40,000 bases of DNA from CrAssphage sp. C0531BW4. Location of the stretch: sequence record MW067003.1; one strand, 5' to 3'. This document shows positions 17,393 to 27,834 of this stretch, piece after piece. Positions within the stretch are counted from its first letter, which is position 1. The number at the start of each line of letters is the position of its first letter. The notes beneath the pieces were generated by a model that was given only the letters and a program-made list of their open reading frames with translations, was not told the DNA's origin and searched no databases. The position numbers were made by a program, and so were the translations under genes.

Positions 17393-19486
17393 TTAAGTTG
17401 TTTTCTTTTTAATAACAAGTTCATAACCATCAGGAATTAAAGCTTTAATAGCATCAGCAATAGCTTTATCAACTTCCGCTTTAGTATAAGTATTTTCTAC
17501 TGTTGGTACATTATCAAACTTATTATTAATTTCTTCTTTAGTATAAACATTATTACTAAGTTCAGTAATTTGATTAGGTAAAGTTTCATCAAGTTTAACT
17601 TTATCAACAGCAGACATAACCCCAGCTACTGAAGTAGTAGCAATAGGTATATCTATATGTTTATGAGATTGTGCCGTATAATGGTCATCTTGGTCAGTTA
17701 CAAATTCTTTACGATAATAATGGTATTTTAATTGTACATAGTTTGCGTATGCTTGACCAAATTCTATGGTATCTACAACAGTATTTGGTAAACTATTAGC
17801 TATCGCAGTAGTTTTTCTACCTTTACCACCATCATAAGCAGTACCTGTAACTTCACCTAAAGCTAAAGTTTCAGATATAACTGCATATTTAGTTCCAGAC
17901 CAACGATAAGTTTTACCGCTATATTCAGTATCTTCACTTATATCAACATAAATCTTACCTTTCTCAGGAGTATAATACACAGGAGCATCATCAATATATT
18001 TTTCAGCAAAATGAGTTTCATCAACATAATATCCTTCAAGAACATCGTCAACATAACTTGGTAATTGACTTGCTGGAACTTTACCATCTCCATCAAGACT
18101 AGCAATACCATTTGCTACACCACGTTTAGCTTCAATAGCTTCATTACAGAATTGAATAATCTTCTTTTTAATAATAGGATAATTATCTATATTACTAAGG
18201 ATATGTTCAACTGTAGATTCAACCTTATTTTCAATAACAACTTTAAGGTTAGGATGATTATCAATATTATCAAAGATATTTTCTATATTACCTTTAATAA
18301 CATTAAGTAATTCAGTAAAGTTATTAATATGTTCAAATATATAAGTAACTCTAGCTTCTACTTTAGTTTCAATAAGATTCTTAAGAATAGGAAATCTATC
18401 AATATTATTGAAAATATAATCAACTCTGCTATTTACAGCATTATTAATACAAGTAACAAGAGCAGGATAATTATTAATATTAGCAAATATATTCTTAACA
18501 CAATTACAAACTAAATCAGAAAGAATACCAATAAGTTCATGATAATTATTAATATTATTAAATATATAGTCAACACGTTCATTAATATTATTCTGTATAG
18601 CTTCTTGTAATTCTGGATATTGACCAATATTCTTAAATATATCAACTACTTTATTAACAGTATTAGTAATAATAAGATTCTTAATAGCAGGATAATTATC
18701 AATATTATTAAATATGTTGACAATAGTAGTTTCTACATGAGCATTAATAGCATTAGTTATAAACTGATTAAGAGCAGGATAAGAAGAAATATTATTAAAG
18801 ATAAATTCAGTCCATTGTTTAATATATTGATTAAATATCTCTTTAAGCTCAGGATATTCATTAATATTATTAAATATATCTCTAATAATAATAGGCAAAC
18901 TTTCAACTGTACTATTCTTAATAATTTCAACTAGTTTAGGATAATTATTAATATTATTAAACACATTAATAACAAAATCATTAATAAAACTAGTAATAAT
19001 ATTAAGAAAGTCTTTATAATCACCTATATTAGTAAATATCTTTTCAAGTGCTTCTACTAAATCTTTAATAACAGTATCAAAAGACCATCCCTCCCAATTA
19101 TCTGGATTAGTCCAAGCAGCATCGCTAATATCATCACTATTATATCGTTGTGTCCAATTAATATTAGTTGCATCACGATAAGTAATAATATATCCTTTAC
19201 GACGATAAATTTTATCAAGTTTATTAACAGTATCAGCAAAAGTACCTTCCCAAGTTAAATAAACACTATTACAAGCAGCAAGTATTCTATCTAGTCTAGT
19301 ACCAGTTAAACCATCAAATACAGCTTGTATAACAGTTAAAGGATATATATTATATCTAGTATCATTTTCTTCACAATACTTATCTAGTATATGAATTGGC
19401 ATATTGCCCTCTTTATCACATTGAACTTTACTAGGGTCAAAAGATTGACAATTAGTACCAACAAAAACATTTTCTTCTTCAGCCAT
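17393..19486 (-). CDS. Tail fibre protein with 25-aa helical tandem repeats; start likely MAEEENVF at 19486 (tracked start 19495)
   Basis: About 12 units IFNNINNYPxLxxxIxxxVxxxVxY; LDGDGKVPASQLPSYVDD and YTKEEI/YTKAEV fibre motifs in C-terminal half. Confidence 0.75.
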   Translation of the reverse strand: MAEEENVFVGTNCQSFDPSKVQCDKEGNMPIHILDKYCEENDTRYNIYPLTVIQAVFDGLTGTRLDRILAACNSVYLTWEGTFADTVNKLDKIYRRKGYIITYRDATNINWTQRYNSDDISDAAWTNPDNWEGWSFDTVIKDLVEALEKIFTNIGDYKDFLNIITSFINDFVINVFNNINNYPKLVEIIKNSTVESLPIIIRDIFNNINEYPELKEIFNQYIKQWTEFIFNNISSYPALNQFITNAINAHVETTIVNIFNNIDNYPAIKNLIITNTVNKVVDIFKNIGQYPELQEAIQNNINERVDYIFNNINNYHELIGILSDLVCNCVKNIFANINNYPALVTCINNAVNSRVDYIFNNIDRFPILKNLIETKVEARVTYIFEHINNFTELLNVIKGNIENIFDNIDNHPNLKVVIENKVESTVEHILSNIDNYPIIKKKIIQFCNEAIEAKRGVANGIASLDGDGKVPASQLPSYVDDVLEGYYVDETHFAEKYIDDAPVYYTPEKGKIYVDISEDTEYSGKTYRWSGTKYAVISETLALGEVTGTAYDGGKGRKTTAIANSLPNTVVDTIEFGQAYANYVQLKYHYYRKEFVTDQDDHYTAQSHKHIDIPIATTSVAGVMSAVDKVKLDETLPNQITELSNNVYTKEEINNKFDNVPTVENTYTKAEVDKAIADAIKALIPDGYELVIKKKTT

Positions 19487-19488
19487 AA

Positions 19489-22095
19489 TTACCACGGATT
19501 AGAAACACGTTTAATATAATGTAAAGCAATAGTAGGCATAAGTTTATTAATAGCAAGATAATTACCTGTCCATCTATTACCACTTATTTGACTCCAAATC
19601 ATTTCACGATTATTACTAATATTTGGACCAGTCATATACCAATTAGTAGAACGATTAATGCCAAGATTATTAAATTGACTTCTATCAGTACCATAAGTCC
19701 AAGTATTACGAACATCGTTATCTAAGTCGCCTGATATAAAACGCCAGTTACCCGGTGATACAACGTGATGATTACCATCACCACATTTTCCTTTACCAAC
19801 AGCAACAGCATGTTGATGAAGAGGTAAATCTGTACCATCAATATAAAATGCATATGCATTTATATTACGACCCGGAACAGCAGGATCATATGTATCTTTA
19901 ATATTTTCAAGAACAGTTTTCCAATCAAGATTTCCTTGTTTAGGATTATTATAAATATTAATACCATTAGGTATATAACCCATAACAAAACGTCCTTGTG
20001 CAGCGGTATAAACTTCCCAACCATTAGGAGGAGTTGAAGTATCCCAAAGCATAATAGAACCAATAGGAACAACGGCAGCAATCCAAGCTTGAATTTGACT
20101 AGCAGCAACACCGCCACCTTCTCCACTTCCACCACCTGATCCAAATCCTTCTCCAACTAATTTATTTTTAATATCAGTATAAAGAGAATTAAAATCTACA
20201 TCAAGTCTACTAGGTTTAGTTTCACTTTCTGCAAATTTATTCATAACAAGATACTTACCTGTTCTAGCTTCACCAAGTTGAGTAGTAGACATAACATTAT
20301 GAGTACCATCTCCGCCTGAGCCACCACCACCTTCAAGACCTGCAATAATATCATTAATTTCTTGCTTAGTATAATAATTATTAAGCATAGAATTAATAAT
20401 ATTTCTTACTTCTTCTTCGGTTAATCCACCTCCACCAGAACCTCCACCAGCAGCATTAATAGTAATAGTACCATCATCATTTTCAACAAAAGTAATATTA
20501 GTACCAGCTTTAATCTTATTTTTAAACATTGATACATAATTACTCTCAAAATACTGTTTATACTCATTACTAATATTACTACCATTTTGGTTTATTTTAT
20601 TAAGAATTTCTTCAATCTTATTATTAATATATTGCTCAAGATTATTAATACTACCTTCTATACTACTATTTAAATCTCCAATCTTATTATAAATATCTTC
20701 AAACTTAGCATTATATTCAGTAATAAGATTATTAATTCTATTATTAATATCAACAATATTTTGTTGTAATTGAGATATTTGGTTATCATGAATTTCAAGA
20801 TGGTCATTAATCTTTTTAAGTTCTGCAAGAAGCCAAGCATAAAACTTTTCCATCTCTTCTCTTAACTTCTCTAAGAAAGCTTCAAATTCAGCACGAGTAA
20901 GATATACAGATAAATCAAAACCCATACTTACCCATTTTTCACCATCCCAAAACCAATAAAAATCATTAGTATAAGAACCACCCCAACCAACAATTTCAAC
21001 TTGTTTATTATCTTCACCTAAATCAAGAGGATGATAAAGAATTTGACCAACAGCCCAATTTCCATCAAGAGATATAGATTCTTTATCAAACATATCTTCT
21101 TGACGATAATTACTAAGAAGTCTACATTGATTTAATTTAACTGTACCATCATACATTCTACCACCTCTCCAAAGAATAATACTATTATCTGGAAGTTCAA
21201 TAGTTTGTCCAGCTAAACAATAATCATATTGAAGTATATAAATAGTATTAGGCTCGTTAATCATATCTTGAGTAAGAGTATTAACACCACTAATCATATT
21301 CTTACGAAGATATTTACGAGCTTTTCCACTATAATCATTTGTATTATAGTCTTTATCTGCAAATTTAAGAAGATTATCAACAACTGTTAAATCTTCTTCA
21401 TCAGCTGCATTAGTAATCTGTGAAGCAGTAAACATTTGTTTAACAGATTCACTAAGCATTTCAGGAGTAATCTGACCTTCAAGTATTTGAACAGCATTAT
21501 CTTCAAAATACTGTTTAAGCACTTGTGCCATATAATTAACTACAACATTACGACGAAGATAATTATCTTGAATATTAATACCAAATTCATCAGCAACAGC
21601 ACGTTCAGCAATGGCTCTTGGAAACATACCGCTAAATGATTCTACAAATTTAGAACCAATTTCAGAGTCAGCTTCAAGATGCCATTTCTTTGCATTAGTA
21701 ACAGGAGTTATTTCATCAAGAATATAACTCTTTTTAGTTTCAATAACATAAACTTCACAACCTACTCCAATCTGTTCCCAAGTAAGAGCATCTCTATCTT
21801 CCATTGTAGATACTACAATTCTAGCAGCTTTAAGACCTCTTTGAACAACAGCAATAAGTTCTAATATTTCTTTCTTGAAAGTTTCATAATCAATAACTAA
21901 ATCTTCTCGAAGTTTAGCAATAGGCTGCCAATACTCTTCATTAGATAAAGGAATACCAGCAGGAACAGCTTTACGAGATATATAGCTAGCATAGAAACCG
22001 TCATGAACTATACATAGTCTTTCATAAGGTCTATCATTCCATTGACCATTACAAGTAAGACTAACTTTACCAAGTTCTTCTTCTATTGTTTTCAT
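19489..22095 (-). CDS. Tail-collar/fibre protein
   Basis: 868 aa; C-term VPIGSIMLWDTSTPPNGWEVYTAAQGRFVMG...LPLHQHA...LPTIALHYIKRV resembles a phage tail collar domain; long coiled-coil central region. Confidence 0.85.
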   Translation of the reverse strand: MKTIEEELGKVSLTCNGQWNDRPYERLCIVHDGFYASYISRKAVPAGIPLSNEEYWQPIAKLREDLVIDYETFKKEILELIAVVQRGLKAARIVVSTMEDRDALTWEQIGVGCEVYVIETKKSYILDEITPVTNAKKWHLEADSEIGSKFVESFSGMFPRAIAERAVADEFGINIQDNYLRRNVVVNYMAQVLKQYFEDNAVQILEGQITPEMLSESVKQMFTASQITNAADEEDLTVVDNLLKFADKDYNTNDYSGKARKYLRKNMISGVNTLTQDMINEPNTIYILQYDYCLAGQTIELPDNSIILWRGGRMYDGTVKLNQCRLLSNYRQEDMFDKESISLDGNWAVGQILYHPLDLGEDNKQVEIVGWGGSYTNDFYWFWDGEKWVSMGFDLSVYLTRAEFEAFLEKLREEMEKFYAWLLAELKKINDHLEIHDNQISQLQQNIVDINNRINNLITEYNAKFEDIYNKIGDLNSSIEGSINNLEQYINNKIEEILNKINQNGSNISNEYKQYFESNYVSMFKNKIKAGTNITFVENDDGTITINAAGGGSGGGGLTEEEVRNIINSMLNNYYTKQEINDIIAGLEGGGGSGGDGTHNVMSTTQLGEARTGKYLVMNKFAESETKPSRLDVDFNSLYTDIKNKLVGEGFGSGGGSGEGGGVAASQIQAWIAAVVPIGSIMLWDTSTPPNGWEVYTAAQGRFVMGYIPNGINIYNNPKQGNLDWKTVLENIKDTYDPAVPGRNINAYAFYIDGTDLPLHQHAVAVGKGKCGDGNHHVVSPGNWRFISGDLDNDVRNTWTYGTDRSQFNNLGINRSTNWYMTGPNISNNREMIWSQISGNRWTGNYLAINKLMPTIALHYIKRVSNPW

Positions 22096-22127
22096 ACGTT
22101 CTCTAGGTTTACTAAATTCATAGTGTA

Positions 22128-22145
22128 GACTCCCCGTAGAGGATG
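22128..22145 (+). repeat. Interspersed motif copy 6 (intergenic)
   Basis: gactccccgtagaggatg. Confidence 0.9.
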
Positions 22146-22158
22146 GAACACATTCACA

Positions 22159-22686
22159 TTATTCATTATCATAATCAACATCACTAAGACTATAAGTTTC
22201 ATTATATTCTTTGCCTTCTTCTTTCTTCTCCCAAAGTTTACCAGTTTCAGGGTCAACATAAAATTTAGGAGCATCTCCACAACTAACTATTGCATGAATT
22301 TTACCTTCTTCATCAACAGGAAGTGTAATAGAACCACTATACTGAACTTGTTCACTGCCTTCATAAATAATATTAAGTTGACCTTTAATATATTTAAGAA
22401 GAGTTTCAGCAAGTTTATCTTTACCAAGTTGATATGCTGCCATAGCAGATTGAAACATATTCCAACAAGTAACAATATTTTTATTATTACCTTTACAAGT
22501 AGCAGAACAATCATTAAGCATATCAAGTCCATATTGTGCCATAAGAACTAATAGTTTATGATAAACACAAACATATTTGCTAGGAACAGTCATATAAACA
22601 TATTGAGGATTAATCTCAACTTGTTCAGTTCCATCAGCTTTTACATAGACACCATTAACATAATTATCATCTATTTGTTCACTCAT
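22159..22686 (-). CDS. Hypothetical conserved structural-module protein
   Basis: 175-aa ORF in structural operon. Confidence 0.65.
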   Translation of the reverse strand: MSEQIDDNYVNGVYVKADGTEQVEINPQYVYMTVPSKYVCVYHKLLVLMAQYGLDMLNDCSATCKGNNKNIVTCWNMFQSAMAAYQLGKDKLAETLLKYIKGQLNIIYEGSEQVQYSGSITLPVDEEGKIHAIVSCGDAPKFYVDPETGKLWEKKEEGKEYNETYSLSDVDYDNE

Positions 22687-22922
22687 TCTATCATCAAGTT
22701 ATTGTATGAATTAATAATTGATTTTTGTTGCTCATCAGAAAGCAATTCTAAAGCTTCTAGTGCTTGAATTAAAATTTGCCCTTGTGTTAGTTTGCACCAA
22801 TTTTTTTCATTCAATGGGAAGCCTAATTCTGCTATTCTCACCTGTTTTTCAGCCATGCTTGCGATACGCAATCGCATCTCTTTAGATAGCTGTTTTGGAT
22901 TATTAATATAACCTCTTATCAT
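22683..22922 (-). CDS. Small hypothetical protein of atypical composition
   Basis: 79-aa ORF overlapping the next gene start by 4 bp. Confidence 0.6.
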   Translation of the reverse strand: MIRGYINNPKQLSKEMRLRIASMAEKQVRIAELGFPLNEKNWCKLTQGQILIQALEALELLSDEQQKSIINSYNNLMIE

Positions 22923-22931
22923 AATATCATA

Positions 22932-23519
22932 TTATTTAAATGCCTTATTAATAATATAAGCAGTATAATCATTAACTCTAATATCAATACGTTTATTAAA
23001 CGCAAGAATACGTTGATTAGAATCAAGATTTTTATTATAGACAATATTTATAATATCACCATAAATATCTTCTTTCCATTCTTCTTTCATATAATGACTA
23101 AGATAATCTTCATCACCACGATACATATTAAGTTTAGAATAAGCATCATAATAAACACTATTAACTAAATGTCTAGCGTTATATTCTATTTGGTCACGAT
23201 TATTATCAACATTATTAGTAATAATAGTTGAAGCAACAAACTTTGCACATTCCGAAGCTGCATTAACCATAGTAATAGAAATAACAGCTTTAGATTTTTC
23301 TCTATCTTTTTCAATAATATCTCTAGTAACTATGTTAAGAAGTTTGGCAATATCATCTAAAGGATTTCTTTTGTTATTATCAATTATCTTATTAATTATA
23401 AGATAAATAACAATAACAATACCGGGAATAAGACCTTGTTCAAAGGCATTTTGAATTAATTCCATTTTTATAGATACAAGAATAGGGACTATCAGTATCA
23501 ACACTAATGCTAATACCAA
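22932..23519 (-). CDS. Membrane-anchored hypothetical protein
   Basis: 195 aa with hydrophobic N-terminus (LVLILIVPILVSI; LIPGIVIVIYLIINKII). Confidence 0.6.
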   Translation of the reverse strand: MVLALVLILIVPILVSIKMELIQNAFEQGLIPGIVIVIYLIINKIIDNNKRNPLDDIAKLLNIVTRDIIEKDREKSKAVISITMVNAASECAKFVASTIITNNVDNNRDQIEYNARHLVNSVYYDAYSKLNMYRGDEDYLSHYMKEEWKEDIYGDIINIVYNKNLDSNQRILAFNKRIDIRVNDYTAYIINKAFK

Positions 23520-23575
23520 TAGCCCCTATTCGATTAATATTACCTAATATTTACCTAATCGAGTCGGGTAATAGG

Positions 23576-24439
23576 TTATGCTTTTTCTTCAGTAGCAATA
23601 GCTTTAAGGATAGTTTCAACAGTTGCAATAGCAGTAGCTCCAGTAGGAAACGCTATTTGTACAATCTGATGAACAACTTCATCTCTAGTTTTCATTTCAC
23701 GTGGAACAGCAAAACGAAGCGTAAAGATAGTATATCCAGCATCTGCACTATCAGGTTGCTTCAAAGGATTAATAGGATATGCAGGATACAGTTCAGTATA
23801 AGTATCACGGTAAGTATATTCAATACCTGCATCAGCAGCAGCCTTATTAGCTAAATCAGTAATATAAGCAGCGTCACCATAAGCAGGTAAACCGTGAGCT
23901 GTAACTGTAACAGCTATACCAACTAATTCATCAGCACCAAGAATTTCATAATCAATACCTTTAGACTCAGCAGTTAGAGTGATTTTAGCATCAGCAACAG
24001 ATGCTTTAATACCATGTCCAACAGTATTATTATTAATTTGGTTAGCTAATTTCTTTGCTACATCATTAGCAGTAGGATTAAGACCAGTATGAATGGTAGC
24101 AGTCCAACGATTACGTTCATTGAACTTTAATCCTTTTTTCACAATCATAATAGAATAATCAGAATAAGCATTTACATCTCCGATAGTAAGATTAGCAGAG
24201 AAAGTAGTAGCAGCTTGATAAACACCTTTAACAAAAGTAAGATGTTTCTTATAAGCTGGAAGAACTACTGGACCATTTGCTTCACGACCAAGATTAATGT
24301 AAAACTTATCGGTAATCTTAGTACCGTCAGCGTCAATCGTTTCCTTGCCATTAGCAAGATAAGTAAAAGCAACCGCTCCAGCAGCAAGAGGTAAGCTCGC
24401 TCCATAAGCGACATTGCCCGCTAACAAAAACTGTCTCAT
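23576..24439 (-). CDS. Auxiliary capsid/structural protein-like
   Basis: 287 aa MRQFLLAGNVAYGASLPLAAGAVAFTYLANGKETIDADG..., near the MCP, resembles a conserved crAss-like virion protein. Confidence 0.65.
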   Translation of the reverse strand: MRQFLLAGNVAYGASLPLAAGAVAFTYLANGKETIDADGTKITDKFYINLGREANGPVVLPAYKKHLTFVKGVYQAATTFSANLTIGDVNAYSDYSIMIVKKGLKFNERNRWTATIHTGLNPTANDVAKKLANQINNNTVGHGIKASVADAKITLTAESKGIDYEILGADELVGIAVTVTAHGLPAYGDAAYITDLANKAAADAGIEYTYRDTYTELYPAYPINPLKQPDSADAGYTIFTLRFAVPREMKTRDEVVHQIVQIAFPTGATAIATVETILKAIATEEKA

Positions 24440-24458
24440 TTTTAATTTAATTTAGAGT

Positions 24459-25163
24459 TTAACTTTGTTTATCAGCTCCATTAGAAGTAGCACCAATACT
24501 AGCAAGATAAATCTGTACTGCACGCATAACTATTTCCATATGTAAATAAGGAGGTAAATCACAATTAACCCAATCTTCTTCTCTATCTTCATCAAATTTA
24601 ACTTTAGCAGGTTCTTTGATATAAAGATATTTAACTAATTGAGGTTTAACTGTATTATTACGTCCAGTATATATATCAACATTGATACCAGATTCATCTC
24701 CAAATATAGTAACTATCGGAGCATCTTTCGCAGCACGATTACAGAAATCTCTTAGTGTTTGACCTAAATCTTCAGCTTCAATAATTCTGCAATCATAAAT
24801 TGTCTTGCCATTATAACTAACTTGAAAGCCTGTATATAGCATTATTCCGTTGCTATCAATATTAATTTTATAAGGGTCAACTTCTGTTCCATTACCTGTA
24901 ATATCTCCGCCGTTAACAGTACCCGCTGTGTATAAAGTTCTAAGAGCATTAACAGGACTAATAGAAGCATTTTGTCGAGCAACCTTATCATTATAAGGAA
25001 CAGGTCCAACGTTTTCTACTATTACATTTCTAGCTTTTTCAATTATAGCAGCATTAAGACAAATATCTATATCTTCCATGAGAATAGCACGAACGGTCTG
25101 CATACCCATCTGTTGTGCCAGTTCTCTGAACGTCACGTGCATCTCCCCAATGTTCATAATCAA
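24459..25163 (-). CDS. Head-tail connector/ring-like structural protein
   Basis: 234 aa MNIGEMHVTFRELAQQMGMQTVRAILMEDIDICLNAAI..., position downstream of MCP. Confidence 0.6.
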   Translation of the reverse strand: MIMNIGEMHVTFRELAQQMGMQTVRAILMEDIDICLNAAIIEKARNVIVENVGPVPYNDKVARQNASISPVNALRTLYTAGTVNGGDITGNGTEVDPYKINIDSNGIMLYTGFQVSYNGKTIYDCRIIEAEDLGQTLRDFCNRAAKDAPIVTIFGDESGINVDIYTGRNNTVKPQLVKYLYIKEPAKVKFDEDREEDWVNCDLPPYLHMEIVMRAVQIYLASIGATSNGADKQS

Positions 25164-26317
25164 ATGTTTTTAAGTTTATTTTTATAAGCACTAACAAGAG
25201 CACTATTAGTAGGATTTTTAAACCATGTAACAGCTTCTTTAACATTAGCACCAATGAACTCACCATCAGGAGTAGTAATATTTTGATTATGAATTGCTCT
25301 GATAAATTCTCCACGAGAAATAAGAACCTCAATTAAAGATTTAATAGTAATATCTTTATCATTGCAAAGTTTATTAAACTTAGCAGGTTCATTTGTACTA
25401 AATTTATCAAGATGTGATTGTTTATCAACAGTATCCATAGCCATACCGTTAGGAATATTAATATTATTGGCAACACAATATTGAATAAATACAGCATCAA
25501 ACAAATCACTATTCGTGAGAAGTTTAACATAATTGCCTTTAGCAGAATTAATTTCCTGACGATGTTTAGCAAGACGCTCAGCTTCTCTTTGGTCATCTTT
25601 AAAATAAAATCTAATAGATGGGTCAGAATTAATAAGAGCAATATCTTTAGCTACATCTTTATATAATAAACAATGACGATAAATTAGATAATCATCAAGA
25701 ACAATAGGATAACCATATTTATACTTTTCACTTTCAAGAAGATTTAACTTAGTAATCTTAGCTTCAAGAGCTTCTCTAAGTTCTTTAACTCCTTTACGGT
25801 CACTATTCATATAAGCAGTTTCAATAGCTTCTTCTTCAGCTCTAAAACGAAGATAATCTCGCTTACGATTCCAAAAGAAAGAAATATCAAAAGTCTTACC
25901 TAGTTCATCAACTGAAACACTAATATTATTAAGATAAGCCTTAACCCGTGAAATAAAGTTTTCATTATTAGGAGCAAGACCAATTAAAGCAGGAAAGTAA
26001 GATTCAATCTCACCTTTATTAGAAGAAAGAGTACGAGAACTACGAACACAACTACCAATCTTATCCATTCGTTTAGGTAATGTTTTATCATTAACTCTAC
26101 GATATAATGAATAATTAGTAACTAAATTAATAGTAATAGTTCGTTTTTCAGTATAAGGTTCATCAAGACTTTCATCTCTAAATCCTACTGTATTAGCAGG
26201 CTGTTTATCTACTCCATCCTCTACGGGGGGTATAACCTGTTTATCTGTATTTACATTAGAAGCAGCAGGAGTATTTTCTCCTGCTTTATTAGCTTCATTT
26301 ACTTTGTTAAAATCCAT
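25160..26317 (-). CDS. Virion structural-module protein
   Basis: 385-aa ORF directly downstream of MCP. Confidence 0.65.
   Translation of the reverse strand: MDFNKVNEANKAGENTPAASNVNTDKQVIPPVEDGVDKQPANTVGFRDESLDEPYTEKRTITINLVTNYSLYRRVNDKTLPKRMDKIGSCVRSSRTLSSNKGEIESYFPALIGLAPNNENFISRVKAYLNNISVSVDELGKTFDISFFWNRKRDYLRFRAEEEAIETAYMNSDRKGVKELREALEAKITKLNLLESEKYKYGYPIVLDDYLIYRHCLLYKDVAKDIALINSDPSIRFYFKDDQREAERLAKHRQEINSAKGNYVKLLTNSDLFDAVFIQYCVANNINIPNGMAMDTVDKQSHLDKFSTNEPAKFNKLCNDKDITIKSLIEVLISRGEFIRAIHNQNITTPDGEFIGANVKEAVTWFKNPTNSALVSAYKNKLKNI
26215..26232 (-). repeat. Interspersed motif copy 7
   Basis: accccccgtagaggatg (minus). Confidence 0.9.
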
Positions 26318-26342
26318 ATCTTAAATAGCTTCTTTTAAATGA

Positions 26343-27815
26343 TTATAATACACATTTCAATAAGAACATCTTAGTGGTATTATCTACCTGCAAACCAATA
26401 GAGCCTTTAACTTCATAACGAGCCATATCAATTTCAGTAGCTGCATGATTAGTATTAGGCAATCCCCAGCAAGCAGGAATATCAGTCATACCTTCAATAA
26501 CTTTAGCTTTATAAGCCTGTCCTTTTTGACGTACTATACGAACATTCTGATTACCTTTATAATTACTCATATCAATCAAAGCAGCTTGATGAGAAGTAAT
26601 AGGCAAGCCAGTAGTAGGATGAATCATACCATTTTGCTTAGCAGCTTCAGCATCAGTACCCTTATCGAAATAAGCATTATGAATAACAGTAATAGTATAT
26701 CCATCTGGAGTTTTATACTTATTAAAGTAACGTCCATAAGAAAGACCATCACCATTATCTTGAATCATCTTTTCACCAAGAGGAGTAATAAATCCGTTTT
26801 CTTTAGCATCAGTTCTGATAGCCATTTCAAAGTCACGAATAAATCCTTTACCGCCCATAAGAACAACTTTCTTATCTCCATCTTGAGTATCACGGTCAAG
26901 AACATCACCAACTGTACGTTCAAGTTTGTTAAGAGTCAGAACTTCACCATAAGTATCGTAGTTAGATTCACGACAAATTTCTAACATACCAGCAGTACGA
27001 GGAATAGGTTTACCATTATCATGGTCTTTCAAAGGAATAGTACCATCAGGTAAACGATTATATTCAGACTTCCACAAACGTTCTTCGTTCATTACTCTCA
27101 TGTGCAAGTTGAACTGTCGCATCTCTTCGTTAATCCAAAGATTAGAAGTACCACCATTATCATTTTGGAATTGATATTGAGTAATAACATTAGCAAGATT
27201 ACCAGCTATTTCTTTAGAATAACGATAAAACTCAAGTTGAGAAGTCATTCCAGCAGGACCCATAGTATTGCTTCTGTTACCTTTAGAATAAGATTCAGAA
27301 ACAGTAGGAGCACTCATTGCCCAATACATACCTTTAGCTAACCATTGAGGGTCAACATAAGCATCAGGATTAGGAGAAGTAAGTTTCAAAAGATAAGCAT
27401 AACCATAAGCAGATTCACCTAAGTCTTTCTGAATACGAACTTGAGTAACACCATCAGGAGCAGTAAGACCATGCTGTTCAATAAACCAATGAGTAGAGAA
27501 GTGAACTTCAAATTCACTACCATTTTGACCGGGTTTAGTAACAGCAGTATTAAAGTAAGTTACAAAGTCTGTAAACTTCATACGACCCATAGTTTTCCAA
27601 GTCCATTGTACAGTAGCAACATCTTTAATACCACGACTACCTTGACCTTCAGTAATAAAACTTAAAGGAAAACGGTCATCATCCATAGCATAATTATAAG
27701 TCAGAAAACTATTAATTTCTTCTGGCTTTTGAAGCTGAAGATAAGCAATTGATTCTTCATTAGAATAACCTCTATCTTCATAACGAGTTTGTCCAATAAC
27801 ACGTAATGTTTTCAT
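26343..27815 (-). CDS. Major capsid protein
   Basis: 490 aa MKTLRVIGQTRYEDRGYSNEESIAYLQLQKPEEINSFLTYNYAMDDDRFPLSFITEGQGSRG..., recognised as a crAss-like MCP; correct order relative to portal/TerL. Confidence 0.9.
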   Translation of the reverse strand: MKTLRVIGQTRYEDRGYSNEESIAYLQLQKPEEINSFLTYNYAMDDDRFPLSFITEGQGSRGIKDVATVQWTWKTMGRMKFTDFVTYFNTAVTKPGQNGSEFEVHFSTHWFIEQHGLTAPDGVTQVRIQKDLGESAYGYAYLLKLTSPNPDAYVDPQWLAKGMYWAMSAPTVSESYSKGNRSNTMGPAGMTSQLEFYRYSKEIAGNLANVITQYQFQNDNGGTSNLWINEEMRQFNLHMRVMNEERLWKSEYNRLPDGTIPLKDHDNGKPIPRTAGMLEICRESNYDTYGEVLTLNKLERTVGDVLDRDTQDGDKKVVLMGGKGFIRDFEMAIRTDAKENGFITPLGEKMIQDNGDGLSYGRYFNKYKTPDGYTITVIHNAYFDKGTDAEAAKQNGMIHPTTGLPITSHQAALIDMSNYKGNQNVRIVRQKGQAYKAKVIEGMTDIPACWGLPNTNHAATEIDMARYEVKGSIGLQVDNTTKMFLLKCVL

Positions 27816-27834
27816 CTACAAATTTACTATTATG

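Noticed and set aside
23480-23575. Inverted repeat gaataggg/ccctattc and direct repeat ttacctaat x2
   Set aside because: Short, partly inside a coding sequence, and with no supporting T tract; too weak to call a terminator or operator.
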